Positions 43,851-56,819 of a stretch of DNA of 64,000 bases are shown here, piece by piece. This DNA comes from Escherichia coli (lineage in GTDB: Bacteria; Pseudomonadota; Gammaproteobacteria; Enterobacterales; Enterobacteriaceae): the NCBI RefSeq assembly GCF_024223415.1, contig NZ_CP100500.1. The stretch is one strand, 5' to 3'. Position numbers and translations under genes: made by a program. Numbering within the stretch: the stretch's first letter is position 1; the number at the start of each line of letters is the position of its first letter. The notes beneath the pieces are model-generated. The model worked only from the letters and a program-made list of their open reading frames with translations, was not told where the DNA came from and did no database searches.

Positions 43851-43873
43851 ATTAATTACACAATGCAAGAGGG

Positions 43874-44464
43874 TTATTTGTTCAGCAAATGGCCCATTTT
43901 CTCGGCTTTGGTATCGAGATAATGTTCGTTATTGGGGTTACGACCTACAATCAATGGTACGCGTTCAACAATATTAATCCCCGCTTCGGTCAGAATTTCG
44001 ACTTTTTTCGGGTTATTGGTTAACAAGCGGACTTCATTGACGCCAAGGAGTTTGAACATATCAGCGCAAAGAGTGAAGTCGCGCTCATCAGCGGCGAAGC
44101 CTAACTGGTGGTTAGCCTCTACAGTATCGTAACCTTGATCCTGCAGTGCGTAAGCGCGGATTTTATTCAGCAGACCAATGTTACGACCTTCCTGACGGTG
44201 ATACAGCAAAATACCACGGCCTTCCTCGGCAATTTGCGTCAATGCCGCTTCGAGCTGGAAGCCACAATCGCAGCGCAAGCTGAACAGGGCGTCACCGGTC
44301 AGACATTCGGAATGGACGCGCGCAAGTACCGGGGTATGCCCGGAAATATCGCCATAGACTAGCGCGACATGATCGTGTCCGGTTGCCAGTTCTTCAAATC
44401 CCACCATCAGGAAATCGCCCCATGGGGTTGGCAGTTTGGCTTCTGCCACACGTTTAAGCTGCAT
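43874..44464 (-). CDS. ribA: GTP cyclohydrolase II
   Basis: Start set at [18 protein letters not shown] (196 aa); CDCG zinc motif. Confidence 0.9.
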
Positions 44465-44633
44465 GAAATTCTCCAGATAATGCTGGTTCTGTATTGGCTT
44501 ATTTTGCCATAACGAGAAGGGGTTCACCTAATCACGACGCGTCGATCGTTCACGGAATGGCACAAATCTGTCAATTTTTCCTGGAACTGGCATTTTCAGT
44601 TATGATTGTGGGACTTATCAAAAAGGAGAGGCC

Positions 44634-45398
44634 ATGCGTTCGATTGCCCGACGTACCGCAGTGGGAGCTGCACTATTGCTTGTTATGCCAGTAGCCGTAT
44701 GGATTTCTGGCTGGCGTTGGCAACCTGGAGAACAAAGTTGGCTACTAAAAGCGGCTTTTTGGGTTACTGAAACTGTCACCCAGCCCTGGGGCGTCATTAC
44801 ACATTTGATTTTATTCGGCTGGTTTCTCTGGTGTCTGCGTTTTCGCATTAAGGCTGCCTTTGTATTATTTGCCATTCTGGCGGCCGCAATCCTTGTGGGA
44901 CAAGGCGTTAAATCCTGGATCAAAGACAAAGTCCAGGAACCACGACCTTTTGTTATCTGGCTGGAAAAAACACATCATATTCCGGTTGATGAGTTCTACA
45001 CTTTAAAGCGAGCAGAACGCGGAAATTTAGTGAAAGAACAGTTGGCTGAAGAGAAAAATATTCCACAATATTTGCGTTCACACTGGCAGAAAGAGACGGG
45101 GTTTGCCTTTCCTTCCGGTCACACGATGTTTGCTGCCAGTTGGGCACTGCTGGCCGTTGGTTTGCTGTGGCCGCGTCGGCGAACGTTAACCATTGCTATC
45201 TTGCTGGTCTGGGCAACTGGAGTCATGGGAAGCCGCCTGCTGCTCGGGATGCATTGGCCACGCGATCTGGTAGTAGCTACGTTGATTTCGTGGGCGCTGG
45301 TGGCGGTGGCAACGTGGCTTGCGCAACGAATTTGTGGGCCATTAACACCACCTGCGGAAGAAAATCGCGAAATAGCGCAACGAGAACAAGAAAGTTAA
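44634..45398 (+). CDS. pgpB: Phosphatidylglycerophosphatase B
   Basis: 254 aa, PAP2 membrane phosphatase. Confidence 0.9.
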   Translation: MRSIARRTAVGAALLLVMPVAVWISGWRWQPGEQSWLLKAAFWVTETVTQPWGVITHLILFGWFLWCLRFRIKAAFVLFAILAAAILVGQGVKSWIKDKVQEPRPFVIWLEKTHHIPVDEFYTLKRAERGNLVKEQLAEEKNIPQYLRSHWQKETGFAFPSGHTMFAASWALLAVGLLWPRRRTLTIAILLVWATGVMGSRLLLGMHWPRDLVVATLISWALVAVATWLAQRICGPLTPPAEENREIAQREQES

Positions 45399-45546
45399 CG
45401 CTGGTTGATTTTCCGAATTTAGCCCTTAAATCATCAACAATGCGCGTGGATGCCATTTCGCAGACGGCGCGAAAATGGTACTTTAAAGGGCTATTGCGGT
45501 AAGTTGACCATAATTTATTCGCTCTAACCACATAACGGGAAGTAAT

Positions 45547-45855
45547 GTGAAATATTTACTCATTTTCTTACTGGTGTTAGCGATCTTCGTGATTTCGGTC
45601 ACGTTGGGTGCGCAGAACGATCAACAGGTGACGTTTAATTATCTGTTAGCGCAAGGGGAGTACCGTATTTCCACATTGCTGGCGGTATTGTTTGCTGCGG
45701 GGTTTGCTATCGGTTGGTTGATTTGTGGCCTGTTCTGGCTGCGAGTTCGTGTTTCCCTGGCGCGCGCTGAACGTAAAATAAAGCGACTGGAAAACCAGCT
45801 TTCACCCGCGACTGACGTGGCTGTAGTGCCGCACTCGTCAGCGGCGAAGGAATAA
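45547..45855 (+). CDS. lapA: Lipopolysaccharide assembly protein A
   Basis: 102 aa, GTG start, two transmembrane helices. Confidence 0.8.
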   Translation: MKYLLIFLLVLAIFVISVTLGAQNDQQVTFNYLLAQGEYRISTLLAVLFAAGFAIGWLICGLFWLRVRVSLARAERKIKRLENQLSPATDVAVVPHSSAAKE

Positions 45856-45861
45856 CTTTCT

Positions 45862-47031
45862 ATGCTGGAGTTGTTGTTTCTGCTTTTGCCTGTAGCCGCT
45901 GCCTATGGCTGGTATATGGGCCGCAGAAGTGCGCAACAAAACAAGCAAGATGAAGCCAACCGCTTGTCGCGTGATTACGTAGCGGGGGTTAACTTCCTGC
46001 TTAGTAATCAACAGGATAAAGCGGTAGACCTGTTTCTCGATATGCTTAAAGAGGATACAGGCACCGTTGAAGCCCACCTTACGCTCGGAAACCTGTTCCG
46101 TTCGCGTGGCGAAGTTGATCGCGCTATTCGCATCCATCAGACCCTAATGGAAAGCGCCTCGCTGACCTATGAACAGCGTCTGTTGGCGATTCAACAACTG
46201 GGGCGTGATTACATGGCCGCCGGGTTATATGACCGCGCGGAAGACATGTTCAATCAGCTGACCGATGAAACTGACTTCCGCATTGGCGCGCTGCAACAGT
46301 TGCTACAAATCTACCAGGCTACCAGCGAGTGGCAGAAAGCAATTGATGTTGCCGAACGCCTGGTGAAGCTGGGTAAAGATAAACAGCGCGTCGAAATTGC
46401 CCATTTCTACTGTGAGTTAGCCCTGCAGCATATGGCCAGCGACGATCTCGATCGTGCCATGACCTTGCTAAAAAAAGGGGCGGCGGCAGATAAAAACAGC
46501 GCCCGCGTATCCATCATGATGGGACGCGTGTTTATGGCGAAAGGAGAATACGCCAAAGCCGTCGAAAGTTTGCAACGCGTGATATCCCAGGACAGAGAAC
46601 TGGTCAGCGAAACGCTGGAAATGCTGCAAACCTGCTATCAGCAGTTGGGTAAAACTGCCGAATGGGCAGAATTCCTGCAACGCGCGGTGGAAGAGAACAC
46701 CGGTGCCGATGCTGAATTGATGCTTGCTGATATCATCGAAGCGCGCGACGGTAGTGAGGCCGCACAGGTCTATATTACGCGCCAGCTTCAGCGTCATCCG
46801 ACCATGCGTGTGTTCCATAAGTTAATGGATTACCACTTAAATGAAGCGGAAGAAGGGCGTGCCAAAGAGAGCCTGATGGTGCTGCGTGACATGGTTGGCG
46901 AGAAGGTACGTAGTAAGCCTCGTTATCGCTGCCAGAAATGTGGTTTTACCGCATACACCCTCTACTGGCATTGTCCGTCTTGTCGTGCCTGGTCAACTAT
47001 TAAACCGATTCGCGGTCTTGATGGCCTGTAA
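45862..47031 (+). CDS. lapB: Lipopolysaccharide assembly protein B (TPR, rubredoxin-like C-terminus)
   Basis: 389 aa, C-terminal CxxC..CxxC. Confidence 0.9.
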   Translation: MLELLFLLLPVAAAYGWYMGRRSAQQNKQDEANRLSRDYVAGVNFLLSNQQDKAVDLFLDMLKEDTGTVEAHLTLGNLFRSRGEVDRAIRIHQTLMESASLTYEQRLLAIQQLGRDYMAAGLYDRAEDMFNQLTDETDFRIGALQQLLQIYQATSEWQKAIDVAERLVKLGKDKQRVEIAHFYCELALQHMASDDLDRAMTLLKKGAAADKNSARVSIMMGRVFMAKGEYAKAVESLQRVISQDRELVSETLEMLQTCYQQLGKTAEWAEFLQRAVEENTGADAELMLADIIEARDGSEAAQVYITRQLQRHPTMRVFHKLMDYHLNEAEEGRAKESLMVLRDMVGEKVRSKPRYRCQKCGFTAYTLYWHCPSCRAWSTIKPIRGLDGL

Positions 47032-47223
47032 TTTTTTAAAAAAACCGACTTTAGTTACAACATACTAGTTATTGATGTCCCATTGTGCTCCGGCAACGAC
47101 GGCGCAGAAAAAGCCTGCCAGGGGAGAAATCGCAACTGTTAATTTTTTATTTCCACGGGTAGAATGCTCGCCGTTTACCTGTTTCGCGCCACTTCCGGTG
47201 CCCATCATCAAGAAGGTCTGGTC

Positions 47224-47961
47224 ATGACGTTAACTGCTTCATCTTCTTCCCGCGCTGTTACGAATTCTCCTGTGGTTGTTGCCCTTGATTATCATAATCG
47301 TGATGCCGCGCTGGCCTTTGTCGACAAGATCGACCCACGCGATTGTCGTCTGAAGGTCGGCAAAGAGATGTTTACATTGTTTGGGCCACAGTTTGTGCGC
47401 GAACTTCAACAGCGTGGTTTTGATATCTTTCTTGACCTGAAATTCCACGATATCCCCAACACTGCAGCGCACGCTGTCGCTGCTGCAGCTGACTTAGGCG
47501 TGTGGATGGTGAATGTTCATGCCTTTGGTGGGGCGCGTATGATGACCGCAGCGCGTGAGGCACTGGTTCCGTATGGCAAAGATGCACCGCTTTTGATTGC
47601 TGTGACAGTGTTGACCAGCATGGAAGCCAGCGACCTGGCCGATCTTGGCGTGACACTGTCACCTGCAGATTATGCAGAACGTCTGGCGGCACTGACGCAA
47701 AAATGTGGCCTTGATGGTGTGGTGTGTTCTGCTCAGGAAGCTGTGCGCTTTAAACAGGTATTCGGTCAGGAGTTCAAACTGGTTACACCGGGCATTCGTC
47801 CGCAGGGGAGTGAAGCAGGTGACCAGCGCCGCATTATGACGCCAGAACAGGCGTTGGCGGCTGGTGTTGATTATATGGTGATTGGTCGCCCGGTAACGCA
47901 ATCGGTAGATCCAGCGCAGACGCTGAAAGCGATCAACGCCTCTTTACAGCGGAGTGCATGA
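47224..47961 (+). CDS. pyrF: Orotidine-5'-phosphate decarboxylase
   Basis: Start set at [23 protein letters not shown] (245 aa). Confidence 0.9.
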   Translation: MTLTASSSSRAVTNSPVVVALDYHNRDAALAFVDKIDPRDCRLKVGKEMFTLFGPQFVRELQQRGFDIFLDLKFHDIPNTAAHAVAAAADLGVWMVNVHAFGGARMMTAAREALVPYGKDAPLLIAVTVLTSMEASDLADLGVTLSPADYAERLAALTQKCGLDGVVCSAQEAVRFKQVFGQEFKLVTPGIRPQGSEAGDQRRIMTPEQALAAGVDYMVIGRPVTQSVDPAQTLKAINASLQRSA

Positions 47962-48287
47962 TGAGTGATTCCAACAGCCGTCTGGTCTACTCAACAGAAA
48001 CCGGGCGTATTGATGAGCCCAAAGCGGCCCCAGTACGCCCTAAAGGCGATGGTGTGGTGCGTATTCAGCGTCAGACCAGTGGACGTAAAGGTAAGGGCGT
48101 TTGCCTGATTACCGGTATCGATCTCGATGATGCCGAACTGACAAAACTTGCAGCGGAACTGAAGAAAAAATGCGGCTGCGGCGGAGCAGTTAAAGATGGA
48201 GTTATTGAAATCCAGGGCGATAAGCGTGATTTATTAAAATCACTACTTGAAGCGAAAGGGATGAAGGTAAAACTCGCAGGCGGTTAA
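47958..48287 (+). CDS. yciH: SUI1-family translation initiation factor homologue
   Basis: 109 aa, 4-nt overlap with pyrF. Confidence 0.85.
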   Translation: MMSDSNSRLVYSTETGRIDEPKAAPVRPKGDGVVRIQRQTSGRKGKGVCLITGIDLDDAELTKLAAELKKKCGCGGAVKDGVIEIQGDKRDLLKSLLEAKGMKVKLAGG

Positions 48288-48290
48288 CAT

Positions 48291-48320
48291 AAAAAGCCAC
48301 GGATATATCCGTGGCTTTCG
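48291..48320. terminator. Bidirectional terminator between yciH and osmB
   Basis: Perfect 22-bp palindrome AGCCACGGATAT/ATATCCGTGGCT with flanking A5 and T-rich tail. Confidence 0.5.
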
Positions 48321-48412
48321 AATATTTTACTGTGTGTATTATTCAGTTATTTCGTACTGAACAGAATCAAGCGTATTATAATTACGAGTCGATAATCGAC
48401 ATTTATTTACGA

Positions 48413-48631
48413 TTATTTACCGACCTGGTGACCAATAACACCACCGACAGCTGCGCCACCTAATGTACCCAACGTACTGCCATCGGTCAGTACTGCACCG
48501 CCTAATGCCCCTGCACCCGCGCCGATTGCGGTGTTGCGGTCCCGTTTAGACCAGTTAGAACAGGCACTCAGAGACATTGCCAGGGTAATTGCCAGAACAG
48601 CCGCGGTCATTTTTTTGCTCGTTACAAACAT
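48413..48631 (-). CDS. osmB: Osmotically inducible lipoprotein B
   Basis: 72 aa, lipobox LSAC, glycine-rich. Confidence 0.9.
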   Translation of the reverse strand: MFVTSKKMTAAVLAITLAMSLSACSNWSKRDRNTAIGAGAGALGGAVLTDGSTLGTLGGAAVGGVIGHQVGK

Positions 48632-48899
48632 AATACTCTCTCCTGAATTTATGATTCACGGAAGTAAGCTCTCTATAACTATAATAGCTAAGAATAAGCC
48701 TAGTGAAATTATTCCGTGAAATCCGCTCGCGCGCAGGGTTATATCACGCAGGTGATAATGACTTCCTGTTATATCGCTGATAATAATTTTATATCTTGAG
48801 AGTGTTAATAACAGGTAAATAGTCTTAATTATCAACCAGGAATCATCTTAGAGCGGATGATTTGCCAAACTGCAAATCATCCGTAGAGAAGGGAAATGG

Positions 48900-49649
48900 T
48901 TAAATGTCAACGACGTGAACGGTGAGTTTACTGTGCTCAAGATGCATCAGATCGCTGGCGCGTATTTTCGAATCGGTAATCACGCGATTGAATCGCTCAA
49001 CGGGACCGATGGAGTATGAATGTACAGCACCAAATTTCGAGCTGTCAGTCAGGACTATCGCTTCGCACTCTTTTTCCAGCACGGCATTCACCACATCGGT
49101 ACGCATCATATCGCGACCGGTGAATCCAGTTTCAGGTTGCCAGCCATCAATACCAATAAATGCTTTGCTGAAATGTACCTGTTGGATGCACTGGCGTGTC
49201 AACGGGCCAACCATACTTTCGCTTTTTTTCTGGTACACGCCACCGAGCAAAATAACTTCACAAGGCGCGTCTTTCAGCAAATGCGCGATGTAGCTGCTGA
49301 CCGTGATGATAGTGACATTTTTCTTCTGCTCCCCCAGAGTCCGGGCGAGCAGGGCATTGCTGCTGCCATTTTCGATAAAGATGGTTTCGCCCGGTTGAAC
49401 CAGTGACGCGGCAAACTCGGCGAGTTCACGCTTCAGCGTATAGTTGCTCATCATACGGGTTTCGACGTCATCACTATCAAGCGAAACTGCAAAGCCATGT
49501 GCACGGCGGAGGTAACTCAGTTTTTCGAGGGTGTTGAGATCCTGGCGAATGGTAACTTCAGAAACTCCAGTGGCTTTTGCCAGATCGGTTACGCTAACCT
49601 GACCCTGGTCAATGACCATCTGTAGAATAGTTTGTTGTCGGGAATTCAT
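48900..49649 (-). CDS. yciT: DeoR-family transcriptional regulator YciT
   Basis: 249 aa, N-terminal HTH. Confidence 0.85.
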   Translation of the reverse strand: MNSRQQTILQMVIDQGQVSVTDLAKATGVSEVTIRQDLNTLEKLSYLRRAHGFAVSLDSDDVETRMMSNYTLKRELAEFAASLVQPGETIFIENGSSNALLARTLGEQKKNVTIITVSSYIAHLLKDAPCEVILLGGVYQKKSESMVGPLTRQCIQQVHFSKAFIGIDGWQPETGFTGRDMMRTDVVNAVLEKECEAIVLTDSSKFGAVHSYSIGPVERFNRVITDSKIRASDLMHLEHSKLTVHVVDI

Positions 49650-49738
49650 CGCTGTAATTCTTATAACGTTATAATACTAAATAAAAAAATACTGACGCGC
49701 CGGGCATCCTCAAATAGGAAAACCTGAAGGCACGATTG

Positions 49739-49912
49739 TTAAATCTCCCACGGTGCCTTCGGGATGTCTGGCGTAGATTCAGCAACCTGGCGCAAGAGTT
49801 CTGCTTTAAGAATCTCGAGATTATGGATCGCAGAGTGGTAATCGCCTGCCACAAGGATATCTAACACAATATCAATACGTTCGGCAACGCGCTGGGCATC
49901 AAATTCAGACAT
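49739..49912 (-). CDS. yciZ: Small protein YciZ
   Basis: [36 protein letters not shown]; start ambiguous between 49921 and 49912. Confidence 0.6.
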
Positions 49913-50059
49913 CAAGGACATCCTTATAGCAAAAGGGGGAAAATGAATAATGCAAAAATTGCCGCTAAAAGAGAAGTGTTTAACAGCAACGGCTAATTAT
50001 CATCCGGGAATACGATATATAATGACGGAATATAGCGCTAAGTATATATATTCATCTAC

Positions 50060-52045
50060 TTATGCGCGCTTCAGATAGCGTTTATACCAGCGTTCGAAGG
50101 CGACGGCGGGCATCGGTTTGGCAAACAAAAATCCTTGCCGCTCATTGATCCCATTCTTGGTTAAAAAAGCATCTTCCTTTGCACTCTCTACACCTTCGGC
50201 GATCACCTGAAGATTCAATGCCTGGGCCACAGCGACGATTGCCCGAACCAGTGACTGCGAGACAGGTTGTTTGTGAATATCTCGAACAAAAACCTGGTCA
50301 AGTTTGATGGCATCGATCGGAAAGCGCGCCAGTTGCGAAAGTGAAGAGTAGCCGGTACCAAAATCATCCAGATGCACTTGCGCACCTAGTTGGCTAAATT
50401 GTTGAATAACAGACAGTGCCAGTTCATCATTCTCAATCAGACAACTCTCTGTCAATTCAACATCAATAGGGCAGTATTCAAAATTGAGTTTCTGGAGAAC
50501 CTGTTTCAGGGCGGTGAAAATGGTTTGATCGGCGAGCTGACGTGCAGAAATGTTTACCGCCACTCGCAGGTTAATGCCTTTATCCCGCCACTTCGCCACC
50601 TGGCGTACGACATCGAGAATCACCCAACGGCCTAAAGGCACAATTAGCCCTGACTCTTCTGCGTAGGAAATGAAGTCCAACGGTGGAATCAACCCACGTT
50701 CAGGTGACTGCCAACGTACTAGTGCTTCCAGACTGCGCACTTCGCCACGCCAGGTGATTTTCGGTTGATAGTGAATAACCAACTGATCGTTTTCCAGTGC
50801 TTTACGCAAGTTGGTATCCAGCCAGAGATATTCAAATACCCGTTGATTCATTTCTGGGGTAAAAACGCAAAATTGTCCTCGTCCGCCTTCCTTTGCTGTG
50901 TACATTGCTGTGTCGGCGTGACGAATAATAGCCGCGCTGTCCGAACCATGTTCGGGAGAGAGTGCAATACCTACTGAACAGCTGGTATAAACTTCAATTA
51001 AACCAATGCGAAAGGGGAGCCGTAAGCGGGTCAAAATTCGTGATGCCATTGCTTCCAGCGCGCTTTGTGAGGTGTTGGATGCCAGTACCAGAAACTCATC
51101 GCCACCTGGACGCGCCAACACCTGGTCATGTTCGAGACAGCTTAAAATAGCCAATGACACGTCGCGTAATAACTGGTCACCAAACAAATGCCCATAGGCG
51201 TCGTTGACCTTTTTAAAATTATCCAAATCAAGATACACGACCCCAACTTTATTGTTATCTGCCTGATTAATAGCGTGATCGATTAACTCCTGCATTGCGT
51301 TACGATTCGGCAGTCCGGTGATACTGTCGGTATTTGCCAGAATACGCAGTCGTTCCTGAGCGCGGCGCTCTTCGGTAATGTCGGTGCCGGAACAGATTAA
51401 AAAAATCTCGTTTTTGCCACTGCCGCTGTGGACAAATTTATTGCGAAACAGAAACAGCCGCTGGCCTTTACGTGTTGGTATCCACAGTTCGACTTCATAT
51501 GCATTGCCGCTTCGAAAAAATACACGGTTATTGCGCCTGGATGCCGCAGCTTCACGACGGCTCATAAACAGTTTAAACACGCTTTGGCCAATGACGTCGT
51601 GTTCGTTCAACCCTGTGTAATCTTCACATAACCGATTGAAGCGTTGGATATTCCCCCGGCTGTCGAGAATCACTATTGCGGAATGTGCTTCAGAAACTAC
51701 CTGCTCAGCAAAGGAAAGTCCGTGTGATAAATCACGAGCAACTGCTGGTGTGTCATGCCATGCAGACGCGTTGCCAGCCCATTCCCGTTTATTGATTTTT
51801 CGTCCTACCAGATGCACAGAAAGATCGCTCTCATCGACGGTCAGACTCATCATCAGGCTGGAGGTGATGACCGTCATTTCCCTGATGCGAGCAGCCTGTT
51901 CGGCAGATAACTGCAACGTACGTTCAGGTTCTGTGGTTTCGGTGGTAGAAAAGCGCAAAACATCGCTGCTTTCCGTCAACCGCCAGTATGGATTGTGCGA
52001 TCCGAGAAAGTTGTACAACGTTGTGGACTCCCTAACGGTTTTCAT
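50060..52045 (-). CDS. pdeR: Cyclic-di-GMP phosphodiesterase (PAS-GGDEF-EAL)
   Basis: 661 aa, degenerate GGDEF then EAL domain. Confidence 0.9.
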   Translation of the reverse strand: MKTVRESTTLYNFLGSHNPYWRLTESSDVLRFSTTETTEPERTLQLSAEQAARIREMTVITSSLMMSLTVDESDLSVHLVGRKINKREWAGNASAWHDTPAVARDLSHGLSFAEQVVSEAHSAIVILDSRGNIQRFNRLCEDYTGLNEHDVIGQSVFKLFMSRREAAASRRNNRVFFRSGNAYEVELWIPTRKGQRLFLFRNKFVHSGSGKNEIFLICSGTDITEERRAQERLRILANTDSITGLPNRNAMQELIDHAINQADNNKVGVVYLDLDNFKKVNDAYGHLFGDQLLRDVSLAILSCLEHDQVLARPGGDEFLVLASNTSQSALEAMASRILTRLRLPFRIGLIEVYTSCSVGIALSPEHGSDSAAIIRHADTAMYTAKEGGRGQFCVFTPEMNQRVFEYLWLDTNLRKALENDQLVIHYQPKITWRGEVRSLEALVRWQSPERGLIPPLDFISYAEESGLIVPLGRWVILDVVRQVAKWRDKGINLRVAVNISARQLADQTIFTALKQVLQKLNFEYCPIDVELTESCLIENDELALSVIQQFSQLGAQVHLDDFGTGYSSLSQLARFPIDAIKLDQVFVRDIHKQPVSQSLVRAIVAVAQALNLQVIAEGVESAKEDAFLTKNGINERQGFLFAKPMPAVAFERWYKRYLKRA

Positions 52046-52280
52046 GATGCATATCCTCCGGTTAACTGCGGAGTCCGCGGTTAAATAAAAGGAACAACAT
52101 GACTTACATGAAATTAACGGCGGCTAAACGCATTGTTTTTTTTATATATTTATTTGTAATCCAGTTTTGGAAAAACGCCAGTTTTCAAACGAAAGTCAGT
52201 TAAAAAATCTGCCTGGATATAACGAAGGTAGAGCGGGGAAATAAACGGCCCATCCATGAGGAATGGGCCGTGAAAGGAGA

Positions 52281-54215
52281 TTACGCGACCGGGCGCGCAA
52301 TAATGCTGCGGGTTTCCATGCGGACTTCGGCAATGGTGACGTCAATAACGTCAGTTACTTTGTAAACCGTTTCACCTTTAATTTGTACAGTGCCGTTTTC
52401 CTGGCTGCAAACCAGTTCATCGCGCACAGCGTGTAAGAAAGGTGCCGGAATAAAGGCGATAGCGCCGTTATCAACCAAACGAACACGCATGCCGCCACGG
52501 CTGATATCGACAATTTCCGCCGAGAAACGGGTGTCGGTCCCGGCTTTGTCTTTCAGGAAGCGTGCGTATAACCAGTCGCCAACATCACGTTCTGCCATCC
52601 GGTTGAGACGGCGACGCTCGGCCATTTGCACAGTGATTTCATCCTGTGGACGCGTCGCAGTTTCGCCTTTGATAACCGCTTTCAGCAGACGGTGGTTGAT
52701 CATGTCGCCATATTTACGGATCGGCGAAGTCCAGGTGGCGTATGCTTCCAGACCGAGGCCAAAGTGAGGACCGGGTTCAGTGCTAATTTCAGCAAATGAC
52801 TGGAAGCGACGAATGCGGCTGTCGAGGAAACCAGTTGGTTGCGCATCCAGTTCACGACGCAGTTTGCAGAAACCGTCCAGCGTGAGCACTTCTTCGGCAT
52901 CGACATGCAGACCGTGCGTTTTCAGCAACGCTGCCAGCGCGTCGGCATTCGCCGGATCAAAGCCCATATGCACGTTATAGATACCAAAACCGAGCTTATC
53001 GCGCAGTACGCGAGCCGCACAAATGTTAGCGGCAATCATCGCTTCTTCGACGATACGGTTGGCAATGCGACGAGGCTCGGCGACGATATCCAGCACTTCA
53101 CCTTTTTCACCGAGAATAAAGCGGTAATCCGGGCGATCTTTAAACACCAGTGCGTGGTTATGACGCCACTCGCCGCGGCGTTGGCAAATTTGCGCTAGCA
53201 AACGGACTTGTTTGGCAATTGCTTCACTTTCAGGCTGCCAGTCACCGGTATTCTCCAGCCAGTCAGAAACCTGGTCATACACCAGCTTCGCTTTGGATTC
53301 GATGGTGGCGGCAAAGAATTCGATATTATCTTCAATGGTGCCATCAGCGGAGAGCGTCATGCGGCATGCCAGTACCGGGCGGACTTCATTGGCGCGCAGT
53401 GAGCAGAGATCGTCAGAAAGCTCGCGAGGCAGCATAGGGATGTTGAAGCCAGGCAGATAGTTGGTGAATGCGCGAATTTTCGCGGCTTTGTCCAGCTTGC
53501 TGCCTTCAGCAATCCACGCGGTTGGATCGGCAATCGCCACAATCAGCTGAAGTTTGTCATCCGGCAACGCCTTAGCGAAAAGGGCGTCATCCATATCTTC
53601 TGTGCTGGCACTGTCGATGGTGACAAAATCCAGCGCGGTCAGATCTTTACGAACCAGACCTTCATCGAGCATTTCGGTAGCGACGCCGTCTGGTGCTTCT
53701 TTTTCCAGATTATGGCGCGCAAGGGTAACCCACCACGGTACAAAGTGGTCGTCACCAAAAGTGATGTATTGTGTCAGTTCAGCATAGAAAGAACGATCGC
53801 CTTTCAGCGGATGACGGCGCATTTCGGCAACTGCCCAGTCGCCTTCTTTAAACTCGTGGTTCAGACCACGGGCTGCGCGGCAAGGAATGGCGTCTTTTAA
53901 GAGTGGATGATCAGGAACGATGGCCAGACGGTCATTTTTGCCCTGAACTTTACCCACGAAACGAGTCAGAAACGGTTCAACCAGTTCTTCTGGCTCTGCG
54001 GATTCACGTTCTTTTTCACTGTGGATCACCGCGATAATTCGGTCGCCATGCATGACTTTTTTCATCTGCGGCGGCGGAATGAAATAACTTTTTTGCGCGT
54101 CGACTTCCAGGAAGCCAAAACCTTTTTCTGTGGCTTTTACCACCCCTTCAGCGCGTGGCGTCTGGGAATGCAGTTGCTGTTTAAGCTGCGCTAGCAGCGG
54201 GTTGTCCTGAAACAT
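52281..54215 (-). CDS. rnb: Exoribonuclease II
   Basis: 644 aa, [39 protein letters not shown]. Confidence 0.95.
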   Translation of the reverse strand: MFQDNPLLAQLKQQLHSQTPRAEGVVKATEKGFGFLEVDAQKSYFIPPPQMKKVMHGDRIIAVIHSEKERESAEPEELVEPFLTRFVGKVQGKNDRLAIVPDHPLLKDAIPCRAARGLNHEFKEGDWAVAEMRRHPLKGDRSFYAELTQYITFGDDHFVPWWVTLARHNLEKEAPDGVATEMLDEGLVRKDLTALDFVTIDSASTEDMDDALFAKALPDDKLQLIVAIADPTAWIAEGSKLDKAAKIRAFTNYLPGFNIPMLPRELSDDLCSLRANEVRPVLACRMTLSADGTIEDNIEFFAATIESKAKLVYDQVSDWLENTGDWQPESEAIAKQVRLLAQICQRRGEWRHNHALVFKDRPDYRFILGEKGEVLDIVAEPRRIANRIVEEAMIAANICAARVLRDKLGFGIYNVHMGFDPANADALAALLKTHGLHVDAEEVLTLDGFCKLRRELDAQPTGFLDSRIRRFQSFAEISTEPGPHFGLGLEAYATWTSPIRKYGDMINHRLLKAVIKGETATRPQDEITVQMAERRRLNRMAERDVGDWLYARFLKDKAGTDTRFSAEIVDISRGGMRVRLVDNGAIAFIPAPFLHAVRDELVCSQENGTVQIKGETVYKVTDVIDVTIAEVRMETRSIIARPVA

Positions 54216-54282
54216 AATTGTCTATTTTGGTGGCCATTAGAGCGGCTGACAGTTTTACGCGAATCTGTCTGACGCGGCAAGG

Positions 54283-55410
54283 TTAATATGTCTCACCCAA
54301 CGCGATTTTTAAGCGATTTATCCAGCCACACAGCCCGCTCCATACCAGCAGATTAATAATCTGCGTTGATGATTTTTCGTGTTCGAGTAAAGGGCTGAAC
54401 TGGGCGGCGCTAAAGCGATCGGGTGCTCGGGTCAGCCATTGTATCGCCTGAACGGTAGCGCGCTCAACAGAATGACGGTCAGCCCATTGGTTAATTTCAT
54501 TTTCGCCCTTGCGCAGAAGGGTGCTGATTTTTTTATATTCATTTGATGAATCCATACAGGCGGCAAAACAAGCAGGACTGCCATTTATCCGCGCGCATAA
54601 CAACGCCGCAAGCTGATTATCCGGCTGTGTATTAACCCGTGTGCTGTTTAACAACCTTTCGAGAAGGGAAAGTGAAATAGGGTGGAGAGAGAGTATTTCG
54701 GCCAGTTGGCAAAGTTCTGCAGTTGAACTTTTTGTGTGTTCTTCAGGTAGTTTTTCCACCTCATAGCTGCTTCGCCAGCGTAATGATTCATCAGCAAACA
54801 GTGACGCGTCGGCGTAGTTTTGTATCTCCAGCCCGGGTAACCAGCGTACCGGATGCCCGAGATAAGCCTGAAATGTCGCAATTGTCCGCGCCTGAAAGCC
54901 AATAAAACCAATGATTTGGTTAATGATCACACAGTCCCAGGCAGTAAGACCGACGTCATTCAGATGCTGGCGCGATCGGTTGTCGATAATAGAAGGCGAG
55001 CTAGCCAGTTGGCGGGCATATTGCGTGATTTGTGCTAACCGATGATTACTTTCCCTGGAGGAATCAGGCCCGGGGAGCGGCGTAAGTCGCGCCGAATAGT
55101 AGTTACATAACCGCTGGACGCCGCAAACCTGAGCAACCGTCAGGGCCGTCGACAAGCGTTCATAAGCGGTGAAGGTCTGTGAACGGGTCACGGTAAGCTG
55201 GTCAGGGAACAAATCCACTGCAAGAACACGCGCAGGGTCCAGCCATGAAAGGAAGGGGGCCAGCGTTTCTTTTTCAAGGATCACGTCGAGTAGAAAGGGA
55301 TCGCTGACCTTTGCGGCTTCCGGGACCAGAGGCAGAACGTCATACTCCGTAGTACTGGATTGCGTTTCATGATACCAGTGGCTTTTGCCGGTGATGTGGC
55401 GTTGTTCCAT
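54283..55410 (-). CDS. yciW: CMD-domain protein YciW
   Basis: Start set at [15 protein letters not shown] (375 aa); ORF track extends 26 codons further. Confidence 0.75.
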   Translation of the reverse strand: MEQRHITGKSHWYHETQSSTTEYDVLPLVPEAAKVSDPFLLDVILEKETLAPFLSWLDPARVLAVDLFPDQLTVTRSQTFTAYERLSTALTVAQVCGVQRLCNYYSARLTPLPGPDSSRESNHRLAQITQYARQLASSPSIIDNRSRQHLNDVGLTAWDCVIINQIIGFIGFQARTIATFQAYLGHPVRWLPGLEIQNYADASLFADESLRWRSSYEVEKLPEEHTKSSTAELCQLAEILSLHPISLSLLERLLNSTRVNTQPDNQLAALLCARINGSPACFAACMDSSNEYKKISTLLRKGENEINQWADRHSVERATVQAIQWLTRAPDRFSAAQFSPLLEHEKSSTQIINLLVWSGLCGWINRLKIALGETY

Positions 55411-55553
55411 GGGCGCTCCTTGGTCGTAAAGGAAATCGTTATCCTGACGCAAGGCGGGAAGGGGAGAAAGACGGATCGGCGATAACAAATATCAGAAAGG
55501 TATAACAGAGATAACGGGCGGCAGAACGCCGCCCATCTTTACCAACAGAACGA

Positions 55554-56342
55554 TTATTTCAGTTCGAGTTCGTTCATTGCAGCAATGCTGAAACCGCCGT
55601 CAACGTGGACCACTTCACCGGAGATACCGGCAGAGAGATCGGAGCACAGGAATGCCGCAGAGTTACCCACATCTTCAATAGTAACGGTACGGCGAATCGG
55701 GGTAACGGCTTCGCAATGAGCCAGCATTTTGCGGAAGTCTTTGATACCGGAGGCCGCCAGAGTACGGATCGGACCAGCAGAGATGGCGTTAACACGCACA
55801 CCTTCCGGACCCATCGCGTTCGCCATATAGCGCACGTTCGCTTCCAGAGACGCTTTTGCCAGACCCATAACGTTGTAGTTCGGGATAGCGCGCTCAGCGC
55901 CAAGGTAGGAAAGGGTCAGCAGGGCAGAACCCGGATTCAGCATGGAGCGGCAAGCTTTTGCCATTGCAACGAAGCTGTAGGAGCTGATGTCGTGGGCAAT
56001 TTTGAAGCCTTCACGAGTAACGGCGTTAACATAGTCACCATCCAGCTGATCGCCAGGTGCAAAACCAATAGAGTGTACGAAACCGTCAAATTTCGGCCAA
56101 ACTTTCCCCAGTTCAGCGAACATGGTGTCGATGCTGGCATCTTCGGCAACATCGCATTGCAGAACGATATTGGAACCCAATTGAGCGGCAAATTCTTCTA
56201 CGCGGCCTTTCAGTTTGTCGTTCTGGTAGGTGAATGCCAGTTCAGCTCCTTCGCGGTGCATCGCCTGAGCGATACCGTAGGCGATGGACAGTTTGCTGGC
56301 AACACCGGTTACCAGAATGCGCTTACCGGAAAGAAAACCCAT
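55554..56342 (-). CDS. fabI: Enoyl-ACP reductase (NADH)
   Basis: 262 aa, [28 protein letters not shown]. Confidence 0.95.
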   Translation of the reverse strand: MGFLSGKRILVTGVASKLSIAYGIAQAMHREGAELAFTYQNDKLKGRVEEFAAQLGSNIVLQCDVAEDASIDTMFAELGKVWPKFDGFVHSIGFAPGDQLDGDYVNAVTREGFKIAHDISSYSFVAMAKACRSMLNPGSALLTLSYLGAERAIPNYNVMGLAKASLEANVRYMANAMGPEGVRVNAISAGPIRTLAASGIKDFRKMLAHCEAVTPIRRTVTIEDVGNSAAFLCSDLSAGISGEVVHVDGGFSIAAMNELELK

Positions 56343-56819
56343 AGCTTTAATCCTTATTGTTGATGCTTGTTGTGCCTGAAAATCAGGCGATTCGTCGTTT
56401 TAGTAAACAGTACGAACAGATAAACGGTTATTATAATCAACCTGGCTGTGGGTGGCTATAGTTGCGCTTTCTGTACCGGAGAGAAGCTGCGGTACAGAGC
56501 ATTTTGCGTTATCTACTCTTGACGCCTGCAAGGGGTAGGTTGGGGAAATATCTTATAGAATCTGACTATGAAACTATTCGTATTAGCTCCGATAAGTTTG
56601 ATGATGAAAACAGAACTGGCGACAACAAGTAGCAGCCTTTCTGATGAATTGACCCCAACTTAATATTGTCAACTATCTTCACAGAATCTCCACAATCTCT
56701 TCATTATCAGAATATGCACCATGAATAAGATAAAAATACTTTCCATTACTTTGGAGAAACGTATAATCAGCAAAAATGAGAACGATCATTCTCACCAAGT
56801 GATAGGCCAGGAGACAGAA

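Noticed and set aside
56721-56819. Upstream extension of the TetR ORF by 33 codons
   Set aside because: No RBS at 56,721, and the HTH domain begins right after the 56,820 start, which has AGGAG upstream.
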